Shown here piece after piece: positions 9,499 to 18,646 of a DNA stretch of 53,991 nt. Under the pieces are notes generated by a model. The model made no database searches. It was not told the DNA's origin and was given only the letters and a program-made list of their open reading frames with translations. Position numbers and translations under genes: made by a program. This DNA is from a virus (lineage: Duplodnaviria; Caudoviricetes): positions 1 to 53,991 of the IMG/VR virus record IMGVR_UViG_3300011189_000013. One strand, given 5' to 3'. The first letter of the stretch is position 1; the number at the start of each line of letters is the position of its first letter.

Positions 9499-10683
9499 TC
9501 AGGCTTTGAGCATGTCTCGCACGGCTTCTGTGAGGGAAGCCGCATTCAAGCGTAATGTGGGCTCTTCTAAAAGCAAATCACGGGCAATCACCATTATTTT
9601 TCGGATCTCAGGCCCCTGAAACCCAAACTCGTCGATCAGTTCTTTCGTGTCTAACAACCGGCCCGGCTGTTTCAAGAGGTCTACGAAAACAGAAGATTCT
9701 TTATCTCCCAACTCGACGGAAACCGCACGGAGACGAGTCATCTGCATCTTATCTAGAAAACGTATGCGCCGGTTTAGAGGGAGGCCGTAATCCATCATAT
9801 CGAATAGAAAGAGAATACGAGAATCTCTCGCAGACCAATTCACCATCGTCTGTCGGAAAGCCTTGTCCTCTTCCAACATTTCCGACAGCACTGCGAGAAG
9901 TCCTAATTCCTTTAGGACTTTGAGTGTAGTTTTAGACTGACTCATATTCAGGATGTCGTCTACCAGAATAGTAGCGATAGCATTCTGGGGCGCATTTTTG
10001 AGTTTACCTGCATTTCGCACAATTGACTCCGCTACGATAGGATCAATATGGAATCCATATTTGACCATAAATTTCACGGATCGTAGCATCCTTGTCGGGT
10101 CGTCAGAAAAAGTTTTATCAGGGTCTGAGGGGCAGCGCATAACACCCTCTTGGAGGTCAGATAGGCCACACCCTGTAAGATCTATAATCTTCGCTTTATC
10201 CGGCCCCTGTGCAAGCTGTGATAGCTGCCACATGAGCGTATTAAAAGTAAACTCCCTACGCTTTATGTCCTGCGCTATAGGAGCGATCTCAACTTCGTGT
10301 GGTTTGTATCCCTTCCCCCCTTCCCCCCCGTAAGACTCTTCCCGGCCATTTGCAATTTCAATAACCTCACCCTGTAACTCTTGCCCATCTACCTCCCACG
10401 ACTCGTGGATAGTGAAAATAGCAACACCGTACTGGTTCGTTTGAAGTGCGGTATGTACTGGAATTGTGGACGCCAACTCTTCTGCAAACCAAGCTGAGTC
10501 CCTACCTTCTCCCAGTGTTGCCGCATCTATTACGATATCAATATCTTTGATGGGCTGGTCGATCACAAAATTACGCACAGCTCCCCCAACCACGTAAACG
10601 TGGTCCCCTACATCCAGTTGGGCTGCAACCCCCGATAGGAAACGCATTAGGGCAATAGATTTTTTGTGGGCTTGGTTGGACAA
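9499..10683 (-). CDS. Class II tRNA nucleotidyltransferase (CCA-adding)/poly(A) polymerase family
   Basis: YVVGGAVRN, KDIDI, DIKRREFTFN, D.TG.GL.DL, FSDDPTRMLRSVKF motifs. Confidence 0.88.
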   Translation of the reverse strand: MSNQAHKKSIALMRFLSGVAAQLDVGDHVYVVGGAVRNFVIDQPIKDIDIVIDAATLGEGRDSAWFAEELASTIPVHTALQTNQYGVAIFTIHESWEVDGQELQGEVIEIANGREESYGGEGGKGYKPHEVEIAPIAQDIKRREFTFNTLMWQLSQLAQGPDKAKIIDLTGCGLSDLQEGVMRCPSDPDKTFSDDPTRMLRSVKFMVKYGFHIDPIVAESIVRNAGKLKNAPQNAIATILVDDILNMSQSKTTLKVLKELGLLAVLSEMLEEDKAFRQTMVNWSARDSRILFLFDMMDYGLPLNRRIRFLDKMQMTRLRAVSVELGDKESSVFVDLLKQPGRLLDTKELIDEFGFQGPEIRKIMVIARDLLLEEPTLRLNAASLTEAVRDMLKA

Positions 10684-10934
10684 TATACACGCTCGGAAGC
10701 TAGACGAGTTTTTTCTCGATAGTAAAAAGCACCATCATGATAGGTCAATTCACCCATATTTACAAGTGTCTCAATAACATCCCCCATCAGTTCCGAATCC
10801 CCTGCCATAGCATCTACCAACTCATCAAACTGGTCCAGTGCTACATCCATATGGGACGCATCCACTTTTCGACTCCCGTAACCAATGAGTCCTCGTATAT
10901 ACTGTGCAGCTACTCTTTTAGCTAGATTATTCAT
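10647..10934 (-). CDS. Hypothetical protein with LAKRVAAQY leader
   Basis: ORF tightly packed in the operon; shared motif. Confidence 0.6.
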   Translation of the reverse strand: MNNLAKRVAAQYIRGLIGYGSRKVDASHMDVALDQFDELVDAMAGDSELMGDVIETLVNMGELTYHDGAFYYREKTRLASERVYCPTKPTKNLLP

Positions 10935-11589
10935 CTTTCCCCTTACGCAATGACTTCAACGCCGAGGTAGCATCACTAAGCTGATTGCTTGCCTCTTTGG
11001 ACTCAGACTGCACTTCACTCCCACCAGAAGCTTTCGCTTTCCCTGAGCGGATCTTAGACGGCACAAAAGTAGGGACATCCTCATCTATATCCTCATAACT
11101 TTCAGTAGGTTTCTGTCCCCCGGAAGATGCTACACCACCCGAAGATATAACCTGTACCGGTCGATCCATATACTCTGTCAGCTTCTCTAACAGGAGATCC
11201 TGACTTTTCAGAAGTTTGTTCGTGGTAGCTACAAGATCCTTATTCATATTACGCAAATCTTCATTCTCACGTAAAGATTGCTCTAGCATTTCAGTAGTAG
11301 CACTAGCATCTTCTGTAACAGGCGCAGATTTAGACTTTGCTATCTGTCGGGGGGCTTTGCTCGTACTTTGGATAGCACGACTTTTAGGAGAGGTCGTAGC
11401 CTTCTCCTGCAAAGTTATAACCCTTTTTTTAAGAACACACCTTTGCTGAATCGCACTGGAAAGATCCCGACTCCAACTCGCTTTTTCATAGTCGAGTTTC
11501 ACCTCTTGGTCGTAAGGTACATTCTCATCTAAGTCAGAGATGTAATGCTTGGGGTAAACTCTCCCTTCAATGATTAGATATTTTTTCAC
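10927..11589 (-). CDS. Hypothetical protein with central coiled coil
   Basis: ORF in operon; heptad-like segment. Confidence 0.6.
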   Translation of the reverse strand: MKKYLIIEGRVYPKHYISDLDENVPYDQEVKLDYEKASWSRDLSSAIQQRCVLKKRVITLQEKATTSPKSRAIQSTSKAPRQIAKSKSAPVTEDASATTEMLEQSLRENEDLRNMNKDLVATTNKLLKSQDLLLEKLTEYMDRPVQVISSGGVASSGGQKPTESYEDIDEDVPTFVPSKIRSGKAKASGGSEVQSESKEASNQLSDATSALKSLRKGKDE

Positions 11590-11590
11590 G

Positions 11591-12097
11591 TTACAAGCCT
11601 TTTATTCTATTTGTTAAACGTTGTTTGATATCATCTGATATCTTCTTTTTGATGATTTTTCTGGCCTGATCAACGCCTCTATCCAGAAAATTCTTGCCCC
11701 GTATGCCGGGATGTACCCATTTACCCTCTTGCATACTTTTAGGGCTGGCATTACGGAAGATCACTTCCCCATTATCTTTTATAATAGGAATAGGGCGGCT
11801 GGCCTTAGTCAAGTGAGTCATCTGGTATCTTCTAACACCTTTATCTAAATACTTAGCCGCCGGGTGATCTGACTCAATAACAAGAGTACTCTCCCCTTCA
11901 ATTCGATAACTGAAACTCTCTAGAAGGCGATCTGCACTTCCTTTGAAAGTGAGACGCCGGATCTCAGCCTTAATAGCATTTATAGCCTCTTCGCCCGTCT
12001 CTTCTAACAAAGAAGTACGGTCCGGTGTGTCGTCTAGGGGAGTACCCTTTGTTAGGGGCTTTCCATAAACACCCCTCAATCGGTATTTTCCAGCCAT
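11591..12097 (-). CDS. Putative neck/tail-completion protein (HK97 gp10-like)
   Basis: AKYLDKG...WVHPGIRGKNFLDRGV resembles the gp10-like Y.E.G...HPG....FL pattern. Confidence 0.6.
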   Translation of the reverse strand: MAGKYRLRGVYGKPLTKGTPLDDTPDRTSLLEETGEEAINAIKAEIRRLTFKGSADRLLESFSYRIEGESTLVIESDHPAAKYLDKGVRRYQMTHLTKASRPIPIIKDNGEVIFRNASPKSMQEGKWVHPGIRGKNFLDRGVDQARKIIKKKISDDIKQRLTNRIKGL

Positions 12098-12106
12098 AAC
12101 AATACC

Positions 12107-12751
12107 TTAACAAAGGATCAATTGAGTCTCTTGGGACTTCCAGTGAAATTCACCATAAGCGTCGCTACACGTGATGATTTGGTGGTCGGAGTAGTATTTT
12201 ACCAGAGGCAGTAAACGGTTCACCTCTCTCATAACACCAGAGTGGGCCTCAAAAATAACCACATCATACCTACGACCACGCATCTGATTTTCCAAAGTAT
12301 TCACCGTTGTGAAATCTGCACGTCCTAGACCGATCAATTTCTTATACAAAAACCGTACTTGGTAATTACTGCCAACTATTAACACACGGGGAGCATCCCC
12401 AATCCCAAGCATGTCAATTCGGGCCTCTACTAACTTGTTTACAGCTCTTGTGTGACCTTTCTGACGCCCAAAAGAAAGATAGAGGACCTCATCTTCTATA
12501 TAAGCTACTCGTGTGTTTGCCGTAACAAAACCACCCATCAAGTAAGTTTCCATACACATGCTTATCAGGTTTTCCGCATCGTCCCATCTCGAATTCCATC
12601 TAAGCACCCTACCACTTTTTCCAAGAACTATAGGATCTACTCGCACACCAGACCCCTGTCTCCGTACCTTGAACCGACAGTCGTCGGGCCATCGATCTAT
12701 CACCCCAGTCTGAGCCAGCGTGTAAACATCATTTAGCCTATTAACCAACAT
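12107..12751 (-). CDS. Degenerate P-loop (terminase-ATPase-like) protein, paralog A
   Basis: SFGRQKGHT and MRGRRYDVVIFE motifs. Confidence 0.5.
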   Translation of the reverse strand: MLVNRLNDVYTLAQTGVIDRWPDDCRFKVRRQGSGVRVDPIVLGKSGRVLRWNSRWDDAENLISMCMETYLMGGFVTANTRVAYIEDEVLYLSFGRQKGHTRAVNKLVEARIDMLGIGDAPRVLIVGSNYQVRFLYKKLIGLGRADFTTVNTLENQMRGRRYDVVIFEAHSGVMREVNRLLPLVKYYSDHQIITCSDAYGEFHWKSQETQLILC

Positions 12752-13028
12752 AAAAAGGTCCCGGCCCGTCTATTTCACGCCCAATTCTCTCCCTTTCAGC
12801 CGTGATCTCAGCTACAGTACCCACGATCCTACCCCCCTGACTTCCGGTTCTATCAGACTTTCTCCGAGTACCTTTAATCTTTGTTGAGGGGAACATAGTA
12901 GGCGTCTGGGTGGTAGGGTTTATGATCTCCACCCCGCAACTAGTATGTCGAACTTGAAAAGGTCCCTCAAAATCTAGGTACCTCATCTCATAAAGCGTAT
13001 ATACATCATTCAATTTATTATCCAACAT
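12741..13028 (-). CDS. Hypothetical protein; N-terminus paralogous to the 12107-12751 product
   Basis: MLDNKLNDVYTL vs MLVNRLNDVYTL; start reassigned to ATG 13028. Confidence 0.55.
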   Translation of the reverse strand: MLDNKLNDVYTLYEMRYLDFEGPFQVRHTSCGVEIINPTTQTPTMFPSTKIKGTRRKSDRTGSQGGRIVGTVAEITAERERIGREIDGPGPFYVG

Positions 13029-13254
13029 AGTACCACCCCCTGTCTTCCTTAGCGTTAGTGGCCCACCGGTTACGGGCCTCATTCCGATCTCTAACCGTAC
13101 CCACGATGCGAGAGGTCGCCGTTTGGTTATTAAGGAAAATTTGATACAAAGGAGAACACTGTGATGCGGATATCTGGATCCGAAGACTCATACCCTCCCT
13201 GTCTGCTACAGAAGCAAACCGCTCAGATAGCAATATATTTTTTCGAGATGCCAT
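13018..13254 (-). CDS. Small hypothetical protein
   Basis: ORF overlapping its neighbours; shares RIVGTV and terminal YVG with the 12741-13028 product. Confidence 0.45.
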   Translation of the reverse strand: MASRKNILLSERFASVADREGMSLRIQISASQCSPLYQIFLNNQTATSRIVGTVRDRNEARNRWATNAKEDRGWYYVG

Positions 13255-13840
13255 AACCACTTACCAATTTCTGGAGGTTAATTGAATAGTCTTCAACCTG
13301 AATTGTAACGAGGGCCTTAATGCTACTCGTACGCACTCCATCACTAATTGTAGATATAATGGGGGTACGGTGAGGGAGATTGCGGTACATCGTTGTGAGA
13401 CGATATAGAGGCTCTAAATGAGCATTATAATCATCCCATGACAGATCAATAAAAACTACGTCCGGATACCACCCTCTCAACCCGGAGTCAGCCTCCGCTA
13501 CTGAATAGTACCTGTTTAAGGGGTTGGGATCAAGTGCTGACACACCACTCAACATCGCAGGGTCGTGGGTGATCACCGCAACCTGTAGATCCTCATAACC
13601 ATCTAAGAATTGGAGAATTGCCGAGGTATGTCCTTTACCTCTACCAAAGGATACGTGCAGGGCTCCATCTCTCTCATATACAACTTCCCTATCAGCCCAT
13701 ATCTTTTTACCGCGTACATAGGACTCGAACAGGGCTTCTATTAAATTAGTAGCATTGTTCGTCGGATCCCACTCTATTCGGCTTATAATCCCACGGTAAA
13801 AAATCACAAAGACTAACTCCCTCCTGAGATATTTTCCCAA
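13223..13840 (-). CDS. Degenerate P-loop (terminase-ATPase-like) protein, paralog B
   Basis: SFGRGKGHT and LRGWYPDVVFID motifs; start uncertain. Confidence 0.5.
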   Translation of the reverse strand: MGKYLRRELVFVIFYRGIISRIEWDPTNNATNLIEALFESYVRGKKIWADREVVYERDGALHVSFGRGKGHTSAILQFLDGYEDLQVAVITHDPAMLSGVSALDPNPLNRYYSVAEADSGLRGWYPDVVFIDLSWDDYNAHLEPLYRLTTMYRNLPHRTPIISTISDGVRTSSIKALVTIQVEDYSINLQKLVSGYGISKKYIAI

Positions 13841-15144
13841 ACAGCAGTTCGTCCACTCTCTTGAACTCCGGCGGAGCCTTCCGTCCCTGTGATCTGAGGG
13901 TACCTTAGCTCATCGGGCTCATCATCCCAGTCCATCGTTCTAGTCTCAGGGAAGGCCAACCCATCTGTCCCGAGTATTGGCACCTCGTGACGAATATCAT
14001 TACTGGCCAAAAGGTTTACATCAAAATGCTGTTGCAGCACCGAACCTCTATTAGTAGGTACAGACACAGGCCCTATGGAATATCTATCTCCATTGAGTTT
14101 TACAATGAAGTCCCGTTGGGATAGCAAAGGACGCGGACCCGTCCAGACGTCATAATTTTTAGCGTGCTCTCGTCCCCAGCTACTTTGCTGAGAAGATCTT
14201 TTCGAATTGGGAGGGGCTAGTAAAATCTCATAGGGACCCTCGTAGCCTCCCCTAATGCCAGTACCAAAACACACACCGCATTGGTTATAGGGATGGGGGT
14301 CAGAAGTCCTCCGGTGACACCCACAGGGCACTCCACGGTACTTGTGGATGAATAGCTTAACGCGCTCCCCACCTTGATCTAGTATCCACCTGTTCCGCCT
14401 AATAGCCTCTTCCCAGATATAGTCAAGATTCTCATTCTGGTGAATATGAGCAGCCTCCGACCAATTCAAGGGCGTCTCTTTTAGTTCCCCATCCCAAGAT
14501 GAGTAACCTACTGTGGTGATCCTATAGAAAGTCCGGCGGTGCAGGGCACTCTCTATTGTGTTCGTCCGGTAGCTATAAGAGCACAAGACTACGGAATCCG
14601 GACGAGGTAAAATAGCGTCGATACGCTCGTTAGAGGCCACGTCATAAGTGGGTTGAGTTTGCAGGTAGATCTCCCCCGTCTCTCCTATAACACGAAGCGG
14701 CTTTACCTGCTCCCCGTCAATTGTAATAGTTATGTCATGGATGCTATTAGCAATAACCCCAGAATCCGCAGGTCTAATAAGCGGGTAATTTTCCACCCGG
14801 AATACCCAGCCCCCAGACTCATCATCGGTAGATAGAAAACGTGAAGATACATCTTCGCCACTCACCACAGCTACAGTGGTTTGATCTCGATAAAACTGCG
14901 CCCCTATTGGAAAATCAGTGAGACGGTGGTAAGGACCATACTCGGAATCAAATGACCGATAGATGTTTACCCCTATAATATCAAAGCCCGTATTAGTGGG
15001 GAGTAGGGATGGGTCTTCCCAATATAGATCAACCGCGTCCTCTTCTGCTGAATATGACCACTGGGCATTCACATTCATAGGAGGGTTGGGATGCGTCGGA
15101 TTCTGACGCTCCTTGGTTTTGGTCTTTCTATCCCGATTAACCAT
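13813..15144 (-). CDS. Putative neck/head-closure protein with FN3-like N-terminus and zinc finger
   Basis: PPMNV..VDLYW..GVNIYRS (FN3-like); CGC..CGVCFGTG..GGY; P.LSQRDFIV...RYSI. Confidence 0.6.
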   Translation of the reverse strand: MVNRDRKTKTKERQNPTHPNPPMNVNAQWSYSAEEDAVDLYWEDPSLLPTNTGFDIIGVNIYRSFDSEYGPYHRLTDFPIGAQFYRDQTTVAVVSGEDVSSRFLSTDDESGGWVFRVENYPLIRPADSGVIANSIHDITITIDGEQVKPLRVIGETGEIYLQTQPTYDVASNERIDAILPRPDSVVLCSYSYRTNTIESALHRRTFYRITTVGYSSWDGELKETPLNWSEAAHIHQNENLDYIWEEAIRRNRWILDQGGERVKLFIHKYRGVPCGCHRRTSDPHPYNQCGVCFGTGIRGGYEGPYEILLAPPNSKRSSQQSSWGREHAKNYDVWTGPRPLLSQRDFIVKLNGDRYSIGPVSVPTNRGSVLQQHFDVNLLASNDIRHEVPILGTDGLAFPETRTMDWDDEPDELRYPQITGTEGSAGVQESGRTAVWENISGGS

Positions 15145-15153
15145 AGTACTCCC

Positions 15154-15600
15154 TTAAATCATTGCTAGGAGTTCTCGGACCATACCATCGGCGTTGGCCT
15201 CTATCGTCTGAGTGCTCTCATCCCACGTCTTTCTGTTGTTGCTGAGCTTAAAAGTAGCAGTACGGATGAAAGCGTGATAGGTATCTCGCATCTCTAAAAT
15301 AACGTTCCGTACGAAAGGGTCGGTGGGATCTCCCCATTTCACCACGAGATATACCTCGGGATCCATTGAGTCCCCACGCCCCAGACCGGAATCTGCAATT
15401 TGATATTCGATATAATCATCATATTTTCTACGAGCCGCAGCCGGGACTTCCCGCTCTAGGCGCTTTTTAATTTCCCTAGCTTGAGCACGTCCCGTATATT
15501 TACGAGCTACACGGGAACTCAATCTTAATTGATCTAGGACATTTCGAATATGGTTTCGCACTTTTCCCAGTTTTGTAAGTTGTTGTACTAAGTTGGACAT
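15154..15600 (-). CDS. Hypothetical protein carrying both shared leader motifs
   Basis: MSNLVQQLTKLGKVRNHIRNVLDQLRLSSRVARKY; start reassigned to ATG 15600. Confidence 0.65.
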   Translation of the reverse strand: MSNLVQQLTKLGKVRNHIRNVLDQLRLSSRVARKYTGRAQAREIKKRLEREVPAAARRKYDDYIEYQIADSGLGRGDSMDPEVYLVVKWGDPTDPFVRNVILEMRDTYHAFIRTATFKLSNNRKTWDESTQTIEANADGMVRELLAMI

Positions 15601-15653
15601 TAGAAAGGGCTCCACTAAAAAAGGGTACAGTAGTTTACCTACCATACCCTTTA

Positions 15654-15670
15654 TATAAGGGAAAAACCGA
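15654..15670 (-). promoter_or_regulatory. Putative late promoter motif
   Basis: Minus strand TCGGTTTTTCCCTTATA. Confidence 0.5.
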
Positions 15671-15678
15671 CCTCCCTA

Positions 15679-16053
15679 TTACAGGATCACTTCTTTCAGA
15701 TCTCCCACAACCCGATCCATAAACATCTCAGCTTCCTCGTCTGTCGCTCGCATCCAACCGAGCACCACAGCTCCCGACTCGATGATTAGACCCTTGGGCA
15801 ATCTCTTTAGTAAATGCTCCTGTACGTCTTCCTCTTCGGGCCATGCATAGCGATAAACCATGCCGTCCGATTTCTCTTCCATTACGACCAACCGCTTCCG
15901 GAGAAGATCCGACATAAAATCTTGGGTATTTGCAAATTTATGATATCCCCGTCGAAATTGCTTCTGCTTGTACCTTGGAAGAGGTACATAGTAGAATGTA
16001 AAATTTGGGTAGGAGGGAGAATGATACCGATATAGCGCTTCTTGTGTCCACAT
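15679..16053 (-). CDS. Hypothetical protein
   Basis: ORF with GAGGGG RBS. Confidence 0.6.
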   Translation of the reverse strand: MWTQEALYRYHSPSYPNFTFYYVPLPRYKQKQFRRGYHKFANTQDFMSDLLRKRLVVMEEKSDGMVYRYAWPEEEDVQEHLLKRLPKGLIIESGAVVLGWMRATDEEAEMFMDRVVGDLKEVIL

Positions 16054-16097
16054 AAGCCCCTCGCTTATACAATGTGTTAAAAGGTATCTACACGGGG

Positions 16098-16114
16098 CAT
16101 AAATGAATTCTCAA
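16098..16114 (-). promoter_or_regulatory. Putative late promoter motif
   Basis: Minus strand TTGAGAATTCATTTATG, similar to the 9463 copy. Confidence 0.45.
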
Positions 16115-16168
16115 ACTACCGGAACAGCACATAGGAAATAGCAGTCTTGATCACCGCTATATAGGACA

Positions 16169-17059
16169 TCATACCCCTATGAAATTTCGGGGAGTCATCA
16201 CGCCACTACCTACGTGTGGGCCAAAAGAGCTTCGGACTCCCATCCCATATCTACTCTGCTGGAGCCCTCTCATAATCTTTACCGTTCGGGACTTATTATC
16301 CATGAACTTATCAAACCTTCCCTCTGCATTTTGCTTGATTTGCTGGTACTTAGAAGATTTTTCAATCGAGAGAGAAATGCCCCCGATAGAGTAATCAAAC
16401 TCGTCGGCAATCCAGTTTAGGGATAAGGCAATACAGGCATGTGTAATAGCGCCCATCATGATCCAAGGCGTCCAAGAGCGCTTTCCCTTTACCATATGAT
16501 CTAAGGTATTAAAATGAGTCTCAGGGGGAGATGCGTCAATAGCCCACACCGCCTGCTCCATATATTCAATCAATTCCTCGTCCTCCCAGATATAGGCGAA
16601 GACTCGATTGAATTTGTTGACCGTACCAGAAGATGTCGGGGGACGGAAGTGATAATGCTTATCAGGATTGTTGTCCCGCAAAAGTCTACGGAGACGTTGA
16701 ATCATATCGGCCTGCGTGGGTGTCCATAGTTGTGACTGTATGGCAGACTCGCGGACCACCTCAAATTCTTGCATCACCATCTGGACAGGATCATTCTGGA
16801 CCTCTTGAAAGGTCCACCGTATCCTGTAAGCCCCATAGGCCGCATTCTCTGGAATCTGAAAGTGAGCGTAGTAGTGCCCAAGCTCGACACGTACAGGGTT
16901 GCGCTCAGCGGGTCCTATGAGTACTTCCACACCCGTAGTCACGTCGTACAGAGCATACGTGATGCTGTACGGGTCGATCGGCTGATCGGAAACATCTACC
17001 AACTGTATATCGAGGTCATCGGGTTCCGTGATATGTCCTCTACTTATCTGGAGCGGCAT
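16169..17059 (-). CDS. Putative head-tail adaptor (neck) protein with N-terminal Ig-like domain
   Basis: RLRRLLRD...WEDEEL..Y...DYSIGGISLS pattern of gp6/gp15-like adaptors; G.Y.A.F..P...G.YRIRW N-domain. Confidence 0.6.
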   Translation of the reverse strand: MPLQISRGHITEPDDLDIQLVDVSDQPIDPYSITYALYDVTTGVEVLIGPAERNPVRVELGHYYAHFQIPENAAYGAYRIRWTFQEVQNDPVQMVMQEFEVVRESAIQSQLWTPTQADMIQRLRRLLRDNNPDKHYHFRPPTSSGTVNKFNRVFAYIWEDEELIEYMEQAVWAIDASPPETHFNTLDHMVKGKRSWTPWIMMGAITHACIALSLNWIADEFDYSIGGISLSIEKSSKYQQIKQNAEGRFDKFMDNKSRTVKIMRGLQQSRYGMGVRSSFGPHVGSGVMTPRNFIGV

Positions 17060-17066
17060 ATTAGCC

Positions 17067-17861
17067 TCAGTAGGTCCAAGGGACCATAACAGTTTTCACC
17101 TTAAAAGATTTTAGAGCCTTAGAGACAAGGGCTCGGGCCATTCTTTCGATGTCCTCAGATTGGTATTTGAGGCTATCCCGAAACAGCACTTTATCCTGAG
17201 CATCTAGACCGTCTACTACCACCAATGTAAGACTTTTTGCTCCCGGTGTCACTCCCGTAAAGGAAAACATAATGGGATCTCGATCCGCATGGGACACTGA
17301 AAAGTGAACCATTGACCAACCCTCGGCAGCCTCTACCAAGCGTACCTTAAAAGGTTGAAGAGTCCGGGCCATCATAGATTCCAGCGCCTTTGCTCGTTGC
17401 TGAAAATCCGGATTGGCTTGTCTCATTTCAGCTAGGATGGGGCGAATATGAGGACGTAAGTCTTTACGCACTTTACCCAAACGTACTAGGTGTTCTTCTA
17501 AGGGCTCAGAAAGTTTTGAAGAGCGTAAGGAAGAAAGGGAAGAGTTTTTATTATTTTTCATAGCACTCACTATTGAGAGGATGGCGGGATGGTTCTCAAG
17601 GGATTTTAGGACCCCTTGATAGGGTCCAATAGGGGTAGGATCCGGACCTAAATAATCATCCCACCAAAATACAGAACCTTTTTCTATACGAACAACTCTT
17701 GCGTCGGTTAGTTCATCTAACAGATCTTGGGCGACCTTATTGCTAATAGGCTGAATCCCATCTCGCAAAAGATCGGAAGCTAGTTGTGATATACGAAGAC
17801 TACCATGACCCGTATAAGCATCTATCAACCCTTGCACTTCGTATCGAGATTTTTTTAGCAC
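17067..17861 (-). CDS. Hypothetical protein with internal LVRLG motif
   Basis: HLVRLGKVRKDLRPHIRPILAEMRQA. Confidence 0.6.
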   Translation of the reverse strand: MLKKSRYEVQGLIDAYTGHGSLRISQLASDLLRDGIQPISNKVAQDLLDELTDARVVRIEKGSVFWWDDYLGPDPTPIGPYQGVLKSLENHPAILSIVSAMKNNKNSSLSSLRSSKLSEPLEEHLVRLGKVRKDLRPHIRPILAEMRQANPDFQQRAKALESMMARTLQPFKVRLVEAAEGWSMVHFSVSHADRDPIMFSFTGVTPGAKSLTLVVVDGLDAQDKVLFRDSLKYQSEDIERMARALVSKALKSFKVKTVMVPWTY

Positions 17862-17873
17862 GAGGGCTTCCTG

Positions 17874-18116
17874 TTAGAGGTGACACAATCTTTTGAGATT
17901 CTTAATCTCATTCGCATGGCGGAGTGCGGACACCTTTGCGGTACCTGCAAAATACCCATCACGGTATTCCCGCACGCCCTCTGCGGTATCAAAAATGAAA
18001 TAGGTCTTTCGTCCCACTTTCGCCGAACCCGAAAACGGGATGTCAATCGCTTTCAAGTAGGCTGCGAAATATAGGTCGCAAGTACGAAAATCTTTTTTGA
18101 CTGACATAACTTCCAT
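17874..18116 (-). CDS. Small DUF5659-like protein
   Basis: TCDLYFAAYLKA..F.F pattern. Confidence 0.55.
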   Translation of the reverse strand: MEVMSVKKDFRTCDLYFAAYLKAIDIPFSGSAKVGRKTYFIFDTAEGVREYRDGYFAGTAKVSALRHANEIKNLKRLCHL

Positions 18117-18128
18117 AATATAGAGGGA

Positions 18129-18536
18129 TCACACAATAACTAGCTCAAAATGAAAGCTATAATCAGCGAGCCCCTTACCCTTCTTAACCTCATAGGACCG
18201 TGCATTCAATTTCTCGGAGATAAGGAAAGCTAAGTCCGCTGCGACGGCACTATCCGTGACGGGCCTTTCTGCACCCATACTCTCGGGCATTACATCTACC
18301 CTCAACTCAATTTTCTTTTTACCGAGGTCAAGATCGGCAAGACTGACGCCCACCATATACCCTCTCCTCCCCAGAATTCGATTCATCATTGCTTCGGTCT
18401 TACGGTCGACCTTTGCAGTCTTTACCGCAGACACACGGGAAGACTCTCGAAGATGCGCTAGGACAGGGCGAATATAGGGACGAAGATCTTTTCTACTCTT
18501 GCCTAGCTGTACTAGCTTTGCTTCTATATTGGACAT
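18129..18536 (-). CDS. Hypothetical protein with LVQLG leader
   Basis: MSNIEAKLVQLGKSRKDLRPYIRPVLAHL...VKTA; AAAGGA RBS. Confidence 0.7.
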   Translation of the reverse strand: MSNIEAKLVQLGKSRKDLRPYIRPVLAHLRESSRVSAVKTAKVDRKTEAMMNRILGRRGYMVGVSLADLDLGKKKIELRVDVMPESMGAERPVTDSAVAADLAFLISEKLNARSYEVKKGKGLADYSFHFELVIV

Positions 18537-18564
18537 ATTGAATTCCTTTTATTCACCACACTGG

Positions 18565-18602
18565 GAGTGCTACGGAAACCATGAAGAATTTCCGTAGCAC
18601 TC
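18565..18602. repeat. 14-bp perfect inverted repeat (RNA hairpin)
   Basis: GAGTGCTACGGAAA-10nt-TTTCCGTAGCACTC in an intergenic gap. Confidence 0.7.
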
Positions 18603-18646
18603 TACCTAGTTAGGATGAGTTTTTAAATTGGACAGGGGTTTATGAA

